Source: Candidatus Taylorbacteria bacterium RIFCSPHIGHO2_01_FULL_51_15 (lineage in GTDB: Bacteria; Patescibacteriota; Minisyncoccia; Phycocordibacterales; UBA10002). From it: 64,000 nucleotides of DNA. The stretch lies in assembly GCA_001820935.1 (NCBI GenBank), contig MHRI01000030.1:2734-66733 (forward strand), in the 5' to 3' direction. How positions within the stretch are numbered: the stretch's first letter is position 1; every line of letters starts with the position of its first letter. A program made the position numbers and the translations under genes. Below the pieces are notes generated by a model. It ran no database searches, had not been told where the DNA came from, and saw nothing but the letters and a program-made list of their open reading frames with translations. Positions 37,909 to 47,077 of the stretch are shown one piece after another.

Positions 37909-38796
37909 ATGCACACCCTACCCCTCACCGTGCTTGTTCATGAAGGACCCAATGCTCGCGCGTATCTCATGCGACTAAGGCGCCTTGGCCTGCGACCCTC
38001 TGCTATCGTGCTCTTGGTATCAAGGGAGTACCCCGGCACCAAGAAAGAAATTCCCGGTTGGCTTCCGTCGTCTCTCAAAATGAGTTACGCACAGCGCGTA
38101 CAGGAATCGGCAGAGCATTATTGGCCGCGGCATATCAGGAAAGCCTTTCCCGCACTTTTCGAAGCGATGCGCATTCCGCTTGAAGCGGCGTATGGAGAAA
38201 TCGATTGGGACGAAATGCTTCCCTCACAACCTTACGAATCGTATGCCGACAGCGTCGAGAGAGTCTTCATTCGAGATTTTCGCGACCCCGCCTTGTACCA
38301 GGCACTCCTACGCCTCAAGTATAAAACACTCCTCTTTACCGGTGGGGGGCTTGTTCCCGCCGCACTCCTTTCCATACCCGGTATCCGTTTTCTTCACGTA
38401 CATCCAGGCACACTCCCATTCGTGAGGGGCGCTGATGGTCTTCTTTGGTCCATACTTACCCGCGGTTTCCCCGGGGCAAGTTGCTTTTATATGCAGCCTG
38501 GACTTGATATGGGCGATGTTATCGAAACGAAAGATCTTCCGAATATCGTTTTTCCTCTTCGGGGGATAAAGCGCCCTCCTGATCCAACCCTCTACAGGGC
38601 CCTCTTTTCCTACTACGATCCGCTGTTGCGCGCGGACTTCTTAGCGGCTATACTGGCGAAGTCTAAGGACATGGATCTAGCCAATCTGTCAAGTTCGGTA
38701 CAAGAGTTGTCGGTGGGCATCACGTATCATTTTATGCACGAAAAGCTTCGACATCGCGCGCTCCAAAAATTATTTCCTTCATACACCTCGGTTTAA
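37909..38796 (+). CDS. Formyltransferase-fold protein
   Basis: 'LHVHPGTLPFVRG' resembles NxHPSLLPxxRG; 'GLDMGDVI' resembles xDxGxI. Confidence 0.65.
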   Translation: MHTLPLTVLVHEGPNARAYLMRLRRLGLRPSAIVLLVSREYPGTKKEIPGWLPSSLKMSYAQRVQESAEHYWPRHIRKAFPALFEAMRIPLEAAYGEIDWDEMLPSQPYESYADSVERVFIRDFRDPALYQALLRLKYKTLLFTGGGLVPAALLSIPGIRFLHVHPGTLPFVRGADGLLWSILTRGFPGASCFYMQPGLDMGDVIETKDLPNIVFPLRGIKRPPDPTLYRALFSYYDPLLRADFLAAILAKSKDMDLANLSSSVQELSVGITYHFMHEKLRHRALQKLFPSYTSV

Positions 38797-38813
38797 TTTT
38801 ATCCAAAACCTTC

Positions 38814-39605
38814 ATGATGCATGACTATCGCCCATATTATAATACCTATTCCATGTGTGCGCCGATGGTGTTCGCGAAGGATGCTCTTTTCTCACGCGGT
38901 TCGACAAAACGGATTTCACTCATCAACCGTCTTCGTGATTATGTCGGGCTTCGAGATGCTCCCACTTTATTCTCCCTTCATCGAAAGATGAGTGAGCGTT
39001 TGTTCTTTGACCGCACTTGGCAAAGTCATGACTATGGAGAGGGTTATTTCTATCAGAGCTTTGATCGGATCGGCGTAAGGGGCCTCCGAGATACGAAGGC
39101 TCGCGTCGAAGCCATGGGTCTTCGGGATCTTCTGCGCGGAAAACATGTTATCGATATCGGTTCCAACGCGGGGTTTCTCTCACTTTCTCTCGCGGATGTT
39201 GCAAAAGAAGTTGTCGGCTTGGAGAATAACCCTGACCTTGTCGCTGTGGGTAATCTCGCTCGTGACTATTTGAGAGTACATAATGTCACTTTCGTCACTT
39301 CTTCTTTCGAGGACTTCACTACTTCGAAGGTTGCCGACGTCATACTTTCCTTCGCGAACCATTCCACGTATGATGGAAATACAAAGCAATCGGTCGAGGA
39401 ATATTTCGAGAAATGTAAGCGCCTCCTTCATCCCGGAGGTCTCCTCATTTTCGAATCCCACCACCCGACCTACGAATCTCCTGAAGCGCTTCAGCATGTC
39501 GTTTTGGTGATTGAGCGCCTCTTTCATATTCGCGAACGAAAGGTGCTTATGGCAGGGACATTTTTCGATCGGGGACGAACGTATATCGTGGCAGAACGTA
39601 GCTAA
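38814..39605 (+). CDS. Class I SAM-dependent methyltransferase
   Basis: VIDIGSNAGF and LHPGGLLIFES motifs. Confidence 0.85.
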   Translation: MMHDYRPYYNTYSMCAPMVFAKDALFSRGSTKRISLINRLRDYVGLRDAPTLFSLHRKMSERLFFDRTWQSHDYGEGYFYQSFDRIGVRGLRDTKARVEAMGLRDLLRGKHVIDIGSNAGFLSLSLADVAKEVVGLENNPDLVAVGNLARDYLRVHNVTFVTSSFEDFTTSKVADVILSFANHSTYDGNTKQSVEEYFEKCKRLLHPGGLLIFESHHPTYESPEALQHVVLVIERLFHIRERKVLMAGTFFDRGRTYIVAERS

Positions 39606-39659
39606 CTAAGAAGGGCGCATTTCAGTTTTATGTGGTAACCTCACTTTCGCTCCACTTTC

Positions 39660-42566
39660 ATGGTCTCAGAAAAGAAAATTAGGAAAGTAGTCTATACTCC
39701 AGTTGTCGGGGATCTTTTCAATTTCGGACATCTCCAGTTCTTGCGTTACGTACGCCTTCTCGGGGATCACCTCATCTGCGGCGTGATGACCGACGACGCG
39801 GTGGCGTCCTTTAGGCAGAGGCCTATTGCGAACCTCGATGAACGAAAAGCTATATTTGAAAATCTCGCCTTTGTTGACCAGGTAATGGTTCAAGATAGCA
39901 AGGACCCGGAAGGGAACCTACGGAGTATCCGGGGAAAATGGAAGGATGCCGAGATCACACTCGTCTATGGTAGCAACTGGAAAACACTCCCGAGAGGAGA
40001 GTTCCTAAAATCGATCAAGGCACGGGTCGTGCACCATCCGCATTTTTATAACAAGTTCGCAGACTCCGAAATCGTCCGGCACCTTCTTACGAGCTACCGG
40101 CAAGAGTTTCAAAACCCGAGCGAATTTTTCCAGTATTTCAAACTTCACGACTTCATGCCGGACACGCAAAGCAAGGCCGAGCAATTTTCGCTCGGCACAA
40201 AAGGAGATACACTCCAAGCAATTCGCCCGCTTCTCACAAAATCGGTCATTGAGGACCTGCTCATCTTTACGGAGGAGGAGTGGAAGAGACATTCTTCCGT
40301 GATTGGCAAGAACATTCGGGACACGTTTTCTCCCGACACCATCGTTGTGCGAAGTTCCGCGCAGCGTGAAGACACCTCCACCTCATCTATGGCAGGGGTT
40401 TTCCAGAGCGTCCTTGGCGTCGATTCCAAGAGTCAGTCTGATGTGGCCGCGGCTGTGATGAGCGTCATCCGTTCATATCATGCGGAAAGAGAGACAATCT
40501 CCAATAATCAAATACTTGTGCAGAGGCAGACGAAGGACATCAAGATAAGTGGAGTCATCTTCACGCGGGTCATGGAAACTAACGCACCCTACTACGTCAT
40601 CGACTATGACGACACGACCGGGATGAGCGATCGCGTGACCAAAGGACAGGGACACGCCTCCATGAAGATGTATCGCTTCACCGATCCAAAATTGTATCCA
40701 AAGGAGTTTCGACCGCTGCTCGCGGCAGTGAAAGAGATAGAAGAACTGATTCCAAAGATAAGCTTGGATATCGAATTCGCCATAACCAAGAAAGGAAAGG
40801 TAGTTATCTTTCAAGTGCGTCCGCTTTCGGTGAACGCGGGCCATAACTACCTCGACAATATCCGAACTAAGAAGATAATCGAACGATTTAAGGAGGAATT
40901 TGCTTCGCTCCAAAGGGCGAAAAGTCATCTTGCAGGCAACACAACCTATCTCGCTGATATGCCCGACTGGAATCCAGCCGAGATTATCGGGGATCGCCCA
41001 AATCATCTCGATCAATCTTTGTACGCGTACATTATCACGAATCATGCGTGGCACAGGGCACGGACCTCCCAAGGATACGCTAACGTGGATCCGGCACAGC
41101 TTGTGGTGATGTTTGGCGGTAAGCCATACGTAGATGTGCGAAGCTCTTTCAATTCGTTCGTTCCGGCCGATCTTCCCCAAAAGCTTAGGGAAAAGCTCGT
41201 TCTGTTTTACCTTCACAAGTTGAAGACCCACCCTGAACTTCAGGACAAAGTCGAATTCGATATTGTCTTTACCTGTTTTGATCTCACTTTTTCCCAGCGT
41301 TCAAAAGAGCTTCGGAAACACGGATTCAGTGAGAAAGAAATACAGACCTTCAAGATCTCTCTCCTTTCCCTGACAAACAAACTTTTGGAGAACTACACCG
41401 AGGAAGTGAAAAAAGATCTTGCGGCGGCGGTGGCCCTCCGTCCCAAGCGATCCGTAATCGGGCAACTCGCCAAGGAGAAGGCGCACGATCCCCGAGAGCT
41501 CCTCTCTTTGGCGAGAGAACTTCTCGATCATGCCGTGAGCTCCGGTACGATCCAATTTTCTCGCCTCGCGCGCCTCGCTTTTATCGGCAAAATCCTGCTT
41601 CGGAGTTTGGTGTCACGAAAAATCATTGATACTGCAATCTATCATGAGTTTCTTTCGTCCATCTCGACCGTCGCGACGAAAATGGATGAGGATTTCCTTG
41701 CGTACACGCGAGGAGAGCTCCACCCCCGCGAATTTCTCGCGCGATACGGGCATCTCCGTCCCGGGACGTACGATATCACGAGTCTTCGCTACGATGCCGA
41801 CCCGGCACTTCTTGTCGCTACGGCACCTCCATCAACGGGGCACCCGAAAAAAGAATCCTTTGTGCTTCCCGGAAAAACGGCTCAAAAGATCACCGCCGTG
41901 TTTAGAAAAGAAGGATTAGCATTTGATGCGTCGTATTTTTTTGAATTTCTCAAAACCGCGATAGAAGCTCGCGAATTTTCTAAGTTTGAATTTACCAAAA
42001 ACCTGAGCGATGCAATCGAATGTATCGCAAAAGCCGGAGCACTCCTCGGATTCTCAAGGGAAGAGATGTCTTCCCTTGATACGGAGAACCTCTTTGACCT
42101 ACTTGAAGTGGAGGATGTAAGGGACATGCAAAGAGCGTGGAAAGATCTCATCCGTTACCGCATGGAGGAAAAGGAAGAGCACAAAAAGGTGCTTCTCCCG
42201 CCAATTATATATTCTCCGCAAGATCTTGAGATCATTGCTCCGTACGTCGCAAAGCCTAACTTTATTACCGAGAAGAAGGTAGAGGGGAAAATCGTGAATC
42301 TACGTATGACAAATAAGAGCACACTCGCTATCAAGGGAAATATTGTGCTGCTCGAGAACGGGGATCCGGGATACGATTGGATTTTTACAAGAAAGCCTCT
42401 CGGTCTTATCACGAAGTATGGCGGTGTGGCTTCTCATATGGCGATACGATGCGCCGAATTCGGCCTTCCTGCCGCTATCGGCTGCGGAGAAGTTATCTTT
42501 TCGGAGTTAGCACAAGCGAAAGGCGCCCTGCTTGATTGTGGGAAGAAGAAAATCATAGTACGTTAG
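39660..42566 (+). CDS. L-glutamine kinase (Cj1418-like, PEP-utilising fold) fused to an N-terminal cytidylyltransferase-like domain
   Basis: N-terminal 'GDLFNFGH..LICGVMTD..ERK'; then VRSS..ED..SMAG, DIEFA, FQVRPL, MPDWNPAEIIG, PYVDVRSSFNSF, YGHLRPGTY and 'GGVASHMAIRCAEFGLPAAIG' (phospho-His). Confidence 0.88.
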   Translation: MVSEKKIRKVVYTPVVGDLFNFGHLQFLRYVRLLGDHLICGVMTDDAVASFRQRPIANLDERKAIFENLAFVDQVMVQDSKDPEGNLRSIRGKWKDAEITLVYGSNWKTLPRGEFLKSIKARVVHHPHFYNKFADSEIVRHLLTSYRQEFQNPSEFFQYFKLHDFMPDTQSKAEQFSLGTKGDTLQAIRPLLTKSVIEDLLIFTEEEWKRHSSVIGKNIRDTFSPDTIVVRSSAQREDTSTSSMAGVFQSVLGVDSKSQSDVAAAVMSVIRSYHAERETISNNQILVQRQTKDIKISGVIFTRVMETNAPYYVIDYDDTTGMSDRVTKGQGHASMKMYRFTDPKLYPKEFRPLLAAVKEIEELIPKISLDIEFAITKKGKVVIFQVRPLSVNAGHNYLDNIRTKKIIERFKEEFASLQRAKSHLAGNTTYLADMPDWNPAEIIGDRPNHLDQSLYAYIITNHAWHRARTSQGYANVDPAQLVVMFGGKPYVDVRSSFNSFVPADLPQKLREKLVLFYLHKLKTHPELQDKVEFDIVFTCFDLTFSQRSKELRKHGFSEKEIQTFKISLLSLTNKLLENYTEEVKKDLAAAVALRPKRSVIGQLAKEKAHDPRELLSLARELLDHAVSSGTIQFSRLARLAFIGKILLRSLVSRKIIDTAIYHEFLSSISTVATKMDEDFLAYTRGELHPREFLARYGHLRPGTYDITSLRYDADPALLVATAPPSTGHPKKESFVLPGKTAQKITAVFRKEGLAFDASYFFEFLKTAIEAREFSKFEFTKNLSDAIECIAKAGALLGFSREEMSSLDTENLFDLLEVEDVRDMQRAWKDLIRYRMEEKEEHKKVLLPPIIYSPQDLEIIAPYVAKPNFITEKKVEGKIVNLRMTNKSTLAIKGNIVLLENGDPGYDWIFTRKPLGLITKYGGVASHMAIRCAEFGLPAAIGCGEVIFSELAQAKGALLDCGKKKIIVR

Positions 42567-42570
42567 AGAC

Positions 42571-43260
42571 ATGCAGATTCTCATTTCACAACGCGTGGTA
42601 AGGCGGGAAGGACGAGGAGATATGGACGCGCTCGAGACGAACTATGTGGAGTTCTTCCGAGGATTTGGGGTGAAGGTTTTGCCGGTCTCAAATACACTCC
42701 GCGACATTGAAGGCTACGTGTCGGGGTTGTCCGTAGACGGGGTGATTCTTTCTGGCGGCAACGACGTGAATCCAAGGTTATATGGAGAAACAGCTACTCC
42801 CGACAGCGATTATTCCGAGGCTAGGGATACTACGGAGCGTTTACTTCTTGAGTTTGCCATAAAAGGAAAATTACCGGTACTCGGTATCTGCAGGGGCACG
42901 CAGTTTATCAACGTCTTTTTCGGAGGGAAGCTCGTGCAGGATATCTCCAACGCAACCGGGGGAGATCATCTTCATCCGCATGAGGCAGAGATATCCGACG
43001 CAGAGGCGCGCGCGTACCTCGGCAAAAGCAGTATGCAGGTCAATTCGTATCACCGGCAGGGCATCACGCCCGGGGAGCTTTCGCTGAACCTTCGCCCGTT
43101 TGCCATCGGGAAGGACGGAAGCATCGAGGGGATATATCACGCTACTCGCCCGATCGCGGGCCTCATGTGGCATCCGGAACGGCAGGGCTCTGACAAGGAA
43201 ACGGATGCGAAGCTCATTGCCGCCTTTGCAAAAGGAGAATTATTTTGGAAAAAGGCATGA
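42571..43260 (+). CDS. Type I glutamine amidotransferase-like hydrolase (Cj1417-like gamma-glutamyl-CDP-amidate hydrolase)
   Basis: ISQR, ILSGGND, LGICRGTQ, NSYH and MWHPER motifs; adjacent to the Cj1418 homologue. Confidence 0.85.
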   Translation: MQILISQRVVRREGRGDMDALETNYVEFFRGFGVKVLPVSNTLRDIEGYVSGLSVDGVILSGGNDVNPRLYGETATPDSDYSEARDTTERLLLEFAIKGKLPVLGICRGTQFINVFFGGKLVQDISNATGGDHLHPHEAEISDAEARAYLGKSSMQVNSYHRQGITPGELSLNLRPFAIGKDGSIEGIYHATRPIAGLMWHPERQGSDKETDAKLIAAFAKGELFWKKA

Positions 43261-44003
43261 AAGCAATCATTTTAGCGGCAGGCCGCGGTACGAGGCTTAG
43301 CAAATACACCAAAGACCTGCCAAAGTGCATGCTTGAGTTTGGAGGAAAGACGCTTATTCTGCGCCAGGTGGAAACGCTTCGAAAGGCCGGTATTTCCGAC
43401 ATCACTTTGATTAAGGGGTATCTTGCCGAGAAGATACAAATTCCGGGCGTGAAGTACTTGGTGAACGAACGCTATGCCGAGACGAACATGGTCGGCACGC
43501 TTATGTGCGCTAAAGAGGAGCTGGGGGGAGATACTCTTATTTGTTACGGGGACATCATCTACGAAGAAAAAGTACTCCGCGCGGTGCTTGCGGACAAAAG
43601 CGACATCGGGGTCGTTGTGGATGAAGATTGGCGGCCGTATTGGGAGGCGCGTCACGGAGATTCGTTGATCGATACCGAGAGTCTTGTCGTAGGGAAAGGG
43701 GGGAATATCATTGAGCTCGGAAAAGCCGATCCGCCTCCGGAAAAAGCGAAGTTGCGTTATGTCGGTCTCATCAAGCTTTCGAGAAAGGGAGTGGAACAGT
43801 TGAAGCGGGTCTATGAGGGGAATCCCGTGCTCTTCGATACATCCTACATGACCGATCTCTTGCGGGCGATAATTGACGCAGGATTTCGCGTAGATCCTAT
43901 TGTGGTGCGGCACGGCTGGCTTGAGTTCGACACGAGCGAGGATTATGAAAAGATGACCGTGCTTCTTGAAAGTAACAAGCTCGCCCCGCTTTTTAGGATA
44001 TAA
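43257..44003 (+). CDS. Nucleotidyltransferase (Cj1416-like CTP:phosphoglutamine cytidylyltransferase)
   Basis: AIILAAGRGTRL..TKDLPKCM, TNMVGTL, YGDIIY and 'VVDEDWRPYWEAR..DTESL..IIELGK' motifs. Confidence 0.85.
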   Translation: MKAIILAAGRGTRLSKYTKDLPKCMLEFGGKTLILRQVETLRKAGISDITLIKGYLAEKIQIPGVKYLVNERYAETNMVGTLMCAKEELGGDTLICYGDIIYEEKVLRAVLADKSDIGVVVDEDWRPYWEARHGDSLIDTESLVVGKGGNIIELGKADPPPEKAKLRYVGLIKLSRKGVEQLKRVYEGNPVLFDTSYMTDLLRAIIDAGFRVDPIVVRHGWLEFDTSEDYEKMTVLLESNKLAPLFRI

Positions 44004-44094
44004 GCTTCGATGCAGACGATCCAACGCAAAGGACGGAAGTCTCTTACGGTTTTTCTGCATTTGTAGTATCTTAGAGAAGTTTAGGGTTATACCT

Positions 44095-45054
44095 ATGATG
44101 GAAAAAACCGCAAAAATATATGTCGCAGGACATCGCGGACTTGTAGGATCGGCCCTCGTTCGCCGCCTCACCGCGCTTGGCTATTCCAATCTCCTCACGC
44201 GGACTCGCGCAGAACTCGACCTCTTGGATTCGAAAGCAGTTGCGGATTTCTTTCTGAAGGAGAAACCTAATTACGTCTTTCTGGCTGCCGCGCGCGTTGG
44301 AGGCATTCTCGCGAATAAGACCTATCCGGCAGATTTCATCTACGAGAATCTCCTTGTACAAACGAACGTCATTCATGAGGCCCATCTGCACGATGTTAAG
44401 AAGCTCCTCTTTTTAGGAAGTTCATGTATCTATCCTCGCCTCGCACCTCAACCGATGAAGGAATCTTATCTCCTTTCAGGTGAGCTCGAGGAAACGAACA
44501 GGGCCTATGCTATCGCCAAAATTGCCGGTATCATCACGTGTGAGTCATACCGCGACCAGTATGGGCTTCAATCGGTTTCGGTGATGCCGACGAACCTTTA
44601 TGGCCCAAATGATAACTTCGATCTTGAGCGTTCCCACGCGTTCCCCGGTCTCATCCGTAAGTTTCATGAGGCGAAGGTGCAGGGTAGGGAAGAGGTCGTG
44701 CTTTGGGGCACGGGCACTACCAAGAGAGAATTTTTGCACGCTGACGATCTTGCCGATGCCTGCATCTTTCTCATGAACACTTACGCGGGTAAGAAAATCG
44801 TCAATATCGGAACTGGGGAAGATATTTTCATAAAGGATTTCGCGCAGATGGTCAAAGAGGTCGTCGGTTTTCAGGGCCGCATTTTATGGGATGCGACAAA
44901 GCCCGATGGAACACCGCGTAAGCTTCTCGACGTAAGCCACCTTCACGATCTTGGCTGGCATCACCGGGTAGGTTTACGGGAAGGCCTCGAGGAAACCTAT
45001 AAATGGTTCCTTGTCCATGTCGCGCCATCCCTGCCCATTTCAGAAAAGAAATAA
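44095..45054 (+). CDS. fcl: GDP-L-fucose synthase
   Basis: IYVAGHRGLVGSA, LAAARVGGI, LGSSCIYP, YAIAK, MPTNLYGPNDNF and KPDGTPRK motifs. Confidence 0.96.
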   Translation: MMEKTAKIYVAGHRGLVGSALVRRLTALGYSNLLTRTRAELDLLDSKAVADFFLKEKPNYVFLAAARVGGILANKTYPADFIYENLLVQTNVIHEAHLHDVKKLLFLGSSCIYPRLAPQPMKESYLLSGELEETNRAYAIAKIAGIITCESYRDQYGLQSVSVMPTNLYGPNDNFDLERSHAFPGLIRKFHEAKVQGREEVVLWGTGTTKREFLHADDLADACIFLMNTYAGKKIVNIGTGEDIFIKDFAQMVKEVVGFQGRILWDATKPDGTPRKLLDVSHLHDLGWHHRVGLREGLEETYKWFLVHVAPSLPISEKK

Positions 45055-45058
45055 AGAT

Positions 45059-46249
45059 ATGCGGATCTTTTACATAACTACAAAACTGAACTTCAATCAG
45101 GGCGGGTCGAATATTGAGAACGATCTTATCATGCGGACGCTCCAAGGAATGGGGAATGAAGTGACTATGGTAACTGTCTTTTCGCGCTTTAATCATATCC
45201 CCGAACCTCTGCCGTACGGCCATATCAAAGAGGAGCTTACTACTGCGAGGCAGCTCGGCATTCAGTGGGGTGTTTTCCGTCTGCTCCGAAAGTACGCAAA
45301 GTCTGCCGATTTCTTCTTTGTTGATGGGCAGACATTTCTCTATGGCGCGGGACTGTATCGAACGCTTGGAGGCAAGGTTCCGGTGTTCGCCTATTTCGTG
45401 CGCGAGCTCATGGCATGGCCGGAAAATGTTTCAACACTTATTACCAGTAGGCAAGCGAGCATTCCTCTTTGGTATCGTACCAAACGGAAAACGCGCTTCC
45501 TCATCGAGCGATATCTTTGCATACCATTTGCAAACTGGATCGACTTTTTTGCCTTCGGCTCGCCACAACTTCAAAAAGAGTATGAAGATTTCGGTCTGCG
45601 CGCCGAGAACAAAAGTATCATTATCGGGGACCCCTATCCTTGGAGAGAGGTGATGCAAAAGAGCGGCATTACCGAAGATTCATACGCCTTGCGTAACAAG
45701 AAGAGTGGCAAGGTGCGACTCTTCTATTCCAACCGCATGGCACCGGGGAAAGGATTCGACCTTTTGGTGCGTGCGTTTTCTCTTGTTCCAAACAAAGAAC
45801 GCTTCACCCTCGTTCTTGGCGGGGCTGGGCCAGAGGAGCCGCTCATTCGGCAGATGGTCAGCGACCTCAATCTGGAGACCCATGTTGAGTTTTCCGGCTG
45901 GATACCCAAAGAGGACTATTATGTCGCTCTCAAGCAGGCAGATATCTTCATTCATCCAAGATGGCGCGAGGCCCAACCCTCCATTGGACTTATGGAGGCG
46001 ATGGTGTTTGGCCTCCCCTGCATCGTCCCGAAGGGGACCGGACTTCACTGGGTGGCGGGAAAAGGCGCCCTGCCGTTCCGATTCGACGATGCGGAGGATC
46101 TTGCGACCATGATTGAGAAATTAGGAGGTGACAGTACGCTTCGAGCAAAGCTGTCAGAGAACTGTTACCTTCGACTCAAGGAGGGGGATGTCAACTACGA
46201 GAAAACAATCCCCGCAGTCCTCGAAATTATGAAGCGTCTACGAGGGTAG
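45059..46249 (+). CDS. Glycosyltransferase family 4
   Basis: RMAPGKG and 'EAQPSIGLMEAMVFGLP' motifs. Confidence 0.85.
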   Translation: MRIFYITTKLNFNQGGSNIENDLIMRTLQGMGNEVTMVTVFSRFNHIPEPLPYGHIKEELTTARQLGIQWGVFRLLRKYAKSADFFFVDGQTFLYGAGLYRTLGGKVPVFAYFVRELMAWPENVSTLITSRQASIPLWYRTKRKTRFLIERYLCIPFANWIDFFAFGSPQLQKEYEDFGLRAENKSIIIGDPYPWREVMQKSGITEDSYALRNKKSGKVRLFYSNRMAPGKGFDLLVRAFSLVPNKERFTLVLGGAGPEEPLIRQMVSDLNLETHVEFSGWIPKEDYYVALKQADIFIHPRWREAQPSIGLMEAMVFGLPCIVPKGTGLHWVAGKGALPFRFDDAEDLATMIEKLGGDSTLRAKLSENCYLRLKEGDVNYEKTIPAVLEIMKRLRG

Positions 46250-47077
46250 ATCTTGTTTCATACAAAAGAGGTTTACAAAATCTGTTTCCCGCAAAAGCTC
46301 CGCGGGAAGATTCTTTGAGTTCGGGTCTACGGGAAGTAATGTATCTTTTTGGATCGCGAATATCTTAAATCCAAGCGAGGAGAGCTCACGGAAGAGTGCA
46401 TCCTGTGAAAATCCCGCCTGTGTTTGGCAGGACGGATTCCACTCTACAACGAGGCAAATGGAAGGCGCACTAAGCGTCTTACGCGCTCCGCGAATCGCCC
46501 CCATCTCTCCGCCTTCAATATCCATTTTTATAAGATCAACGCGCGTCTCACCTTTTTCCACGAGAAAAGCGTCAAGTTCCACCGATTCTACAGAAATAAC
46601 CTCTCTTTGTCGTGCCTCGTCCGGCACGAGACTGTGACACCCAGTCTTTTCGCTTCGATAGAAATTCATTGGTTTTTTGGCGTCGGAAACTGCCACTTTG
46701 CATGTAGTCACGTTTTTGAGGCGCCTCGTATTTTTCTCAAGTAACCCGAAGTTTTCAGGATCTGGCTCGAATGCATATATTTTCCCTCTGTTGCCCACGA
46801 GCTTCGAAAACAGGCGTGTAAAGTATCCAATATGCGCGCCCACGTCCACCACGACCATGCCCGGCTTAATTATTCTCTTGAAGAGATCATATGTTTCTTT
46901 TTCATAGATGCCCCAGAGCATATTAAGCTTCCACCGCCGTATGTAGTTATCCGGAAAAGAAAAGCCGTAGAACTTCGCGAGGAGAGCGGTAAGCGAATCA
47001 AGGATGGTATAAATAGCCCGATCAAGAGCCGGAGAGTGAATGTGAGTTCGATAGAATTTTCGTAATGTTCCGATCAT
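46238..47077 (-). CDS. FkbM-family methyltransferase
   Basis: VDVGAHIGYF, YAFEPDPENF and IKMDIEGGE motifs. Confidence 0.92.
   Translation of the reverse strand: MIGTLRKFYRTHIHSPALDRAIYTILDSLTALLAKFYGFSFPDNYIRRWKLNMLWGIYEKETYDLFKRIIKPGMVVVDVGAHIGYFTRLFSKLVGNRGKIYAFEPDPENFGLLEKNTRRLKNVTTCKVAVSDAKKPMNFYRSEKTGCHSLVPDEARQREVISVESVELDAFLVEKGETRVDLIKMDIEGGEMGAIRGARKTLSAPSICLVVEWNPSCQTQAGFSQDALFRELSSLGFKIFAIQKDTLLPVDPNSKNLPAELLRETDFVNLFCMKQDLPS

Noticed and set aside
39660-42566. PEP synthase / pyruvate phosphate dikinase
   Set aside because: Lacks the C-terminal pyruvate-binding barrel; the His domain is terminal and the central MPDWNPAEIIG domain plus neighbours match Cj1418.
43272-44171. 299-aa minus-strand ORF and similar shadow ORFs (e.g. 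40473-41231, 51230-51937, 54489-55127)
   Set aside because: They overlap well-supported genes antisense or out of frame and show no recognisable motifs.
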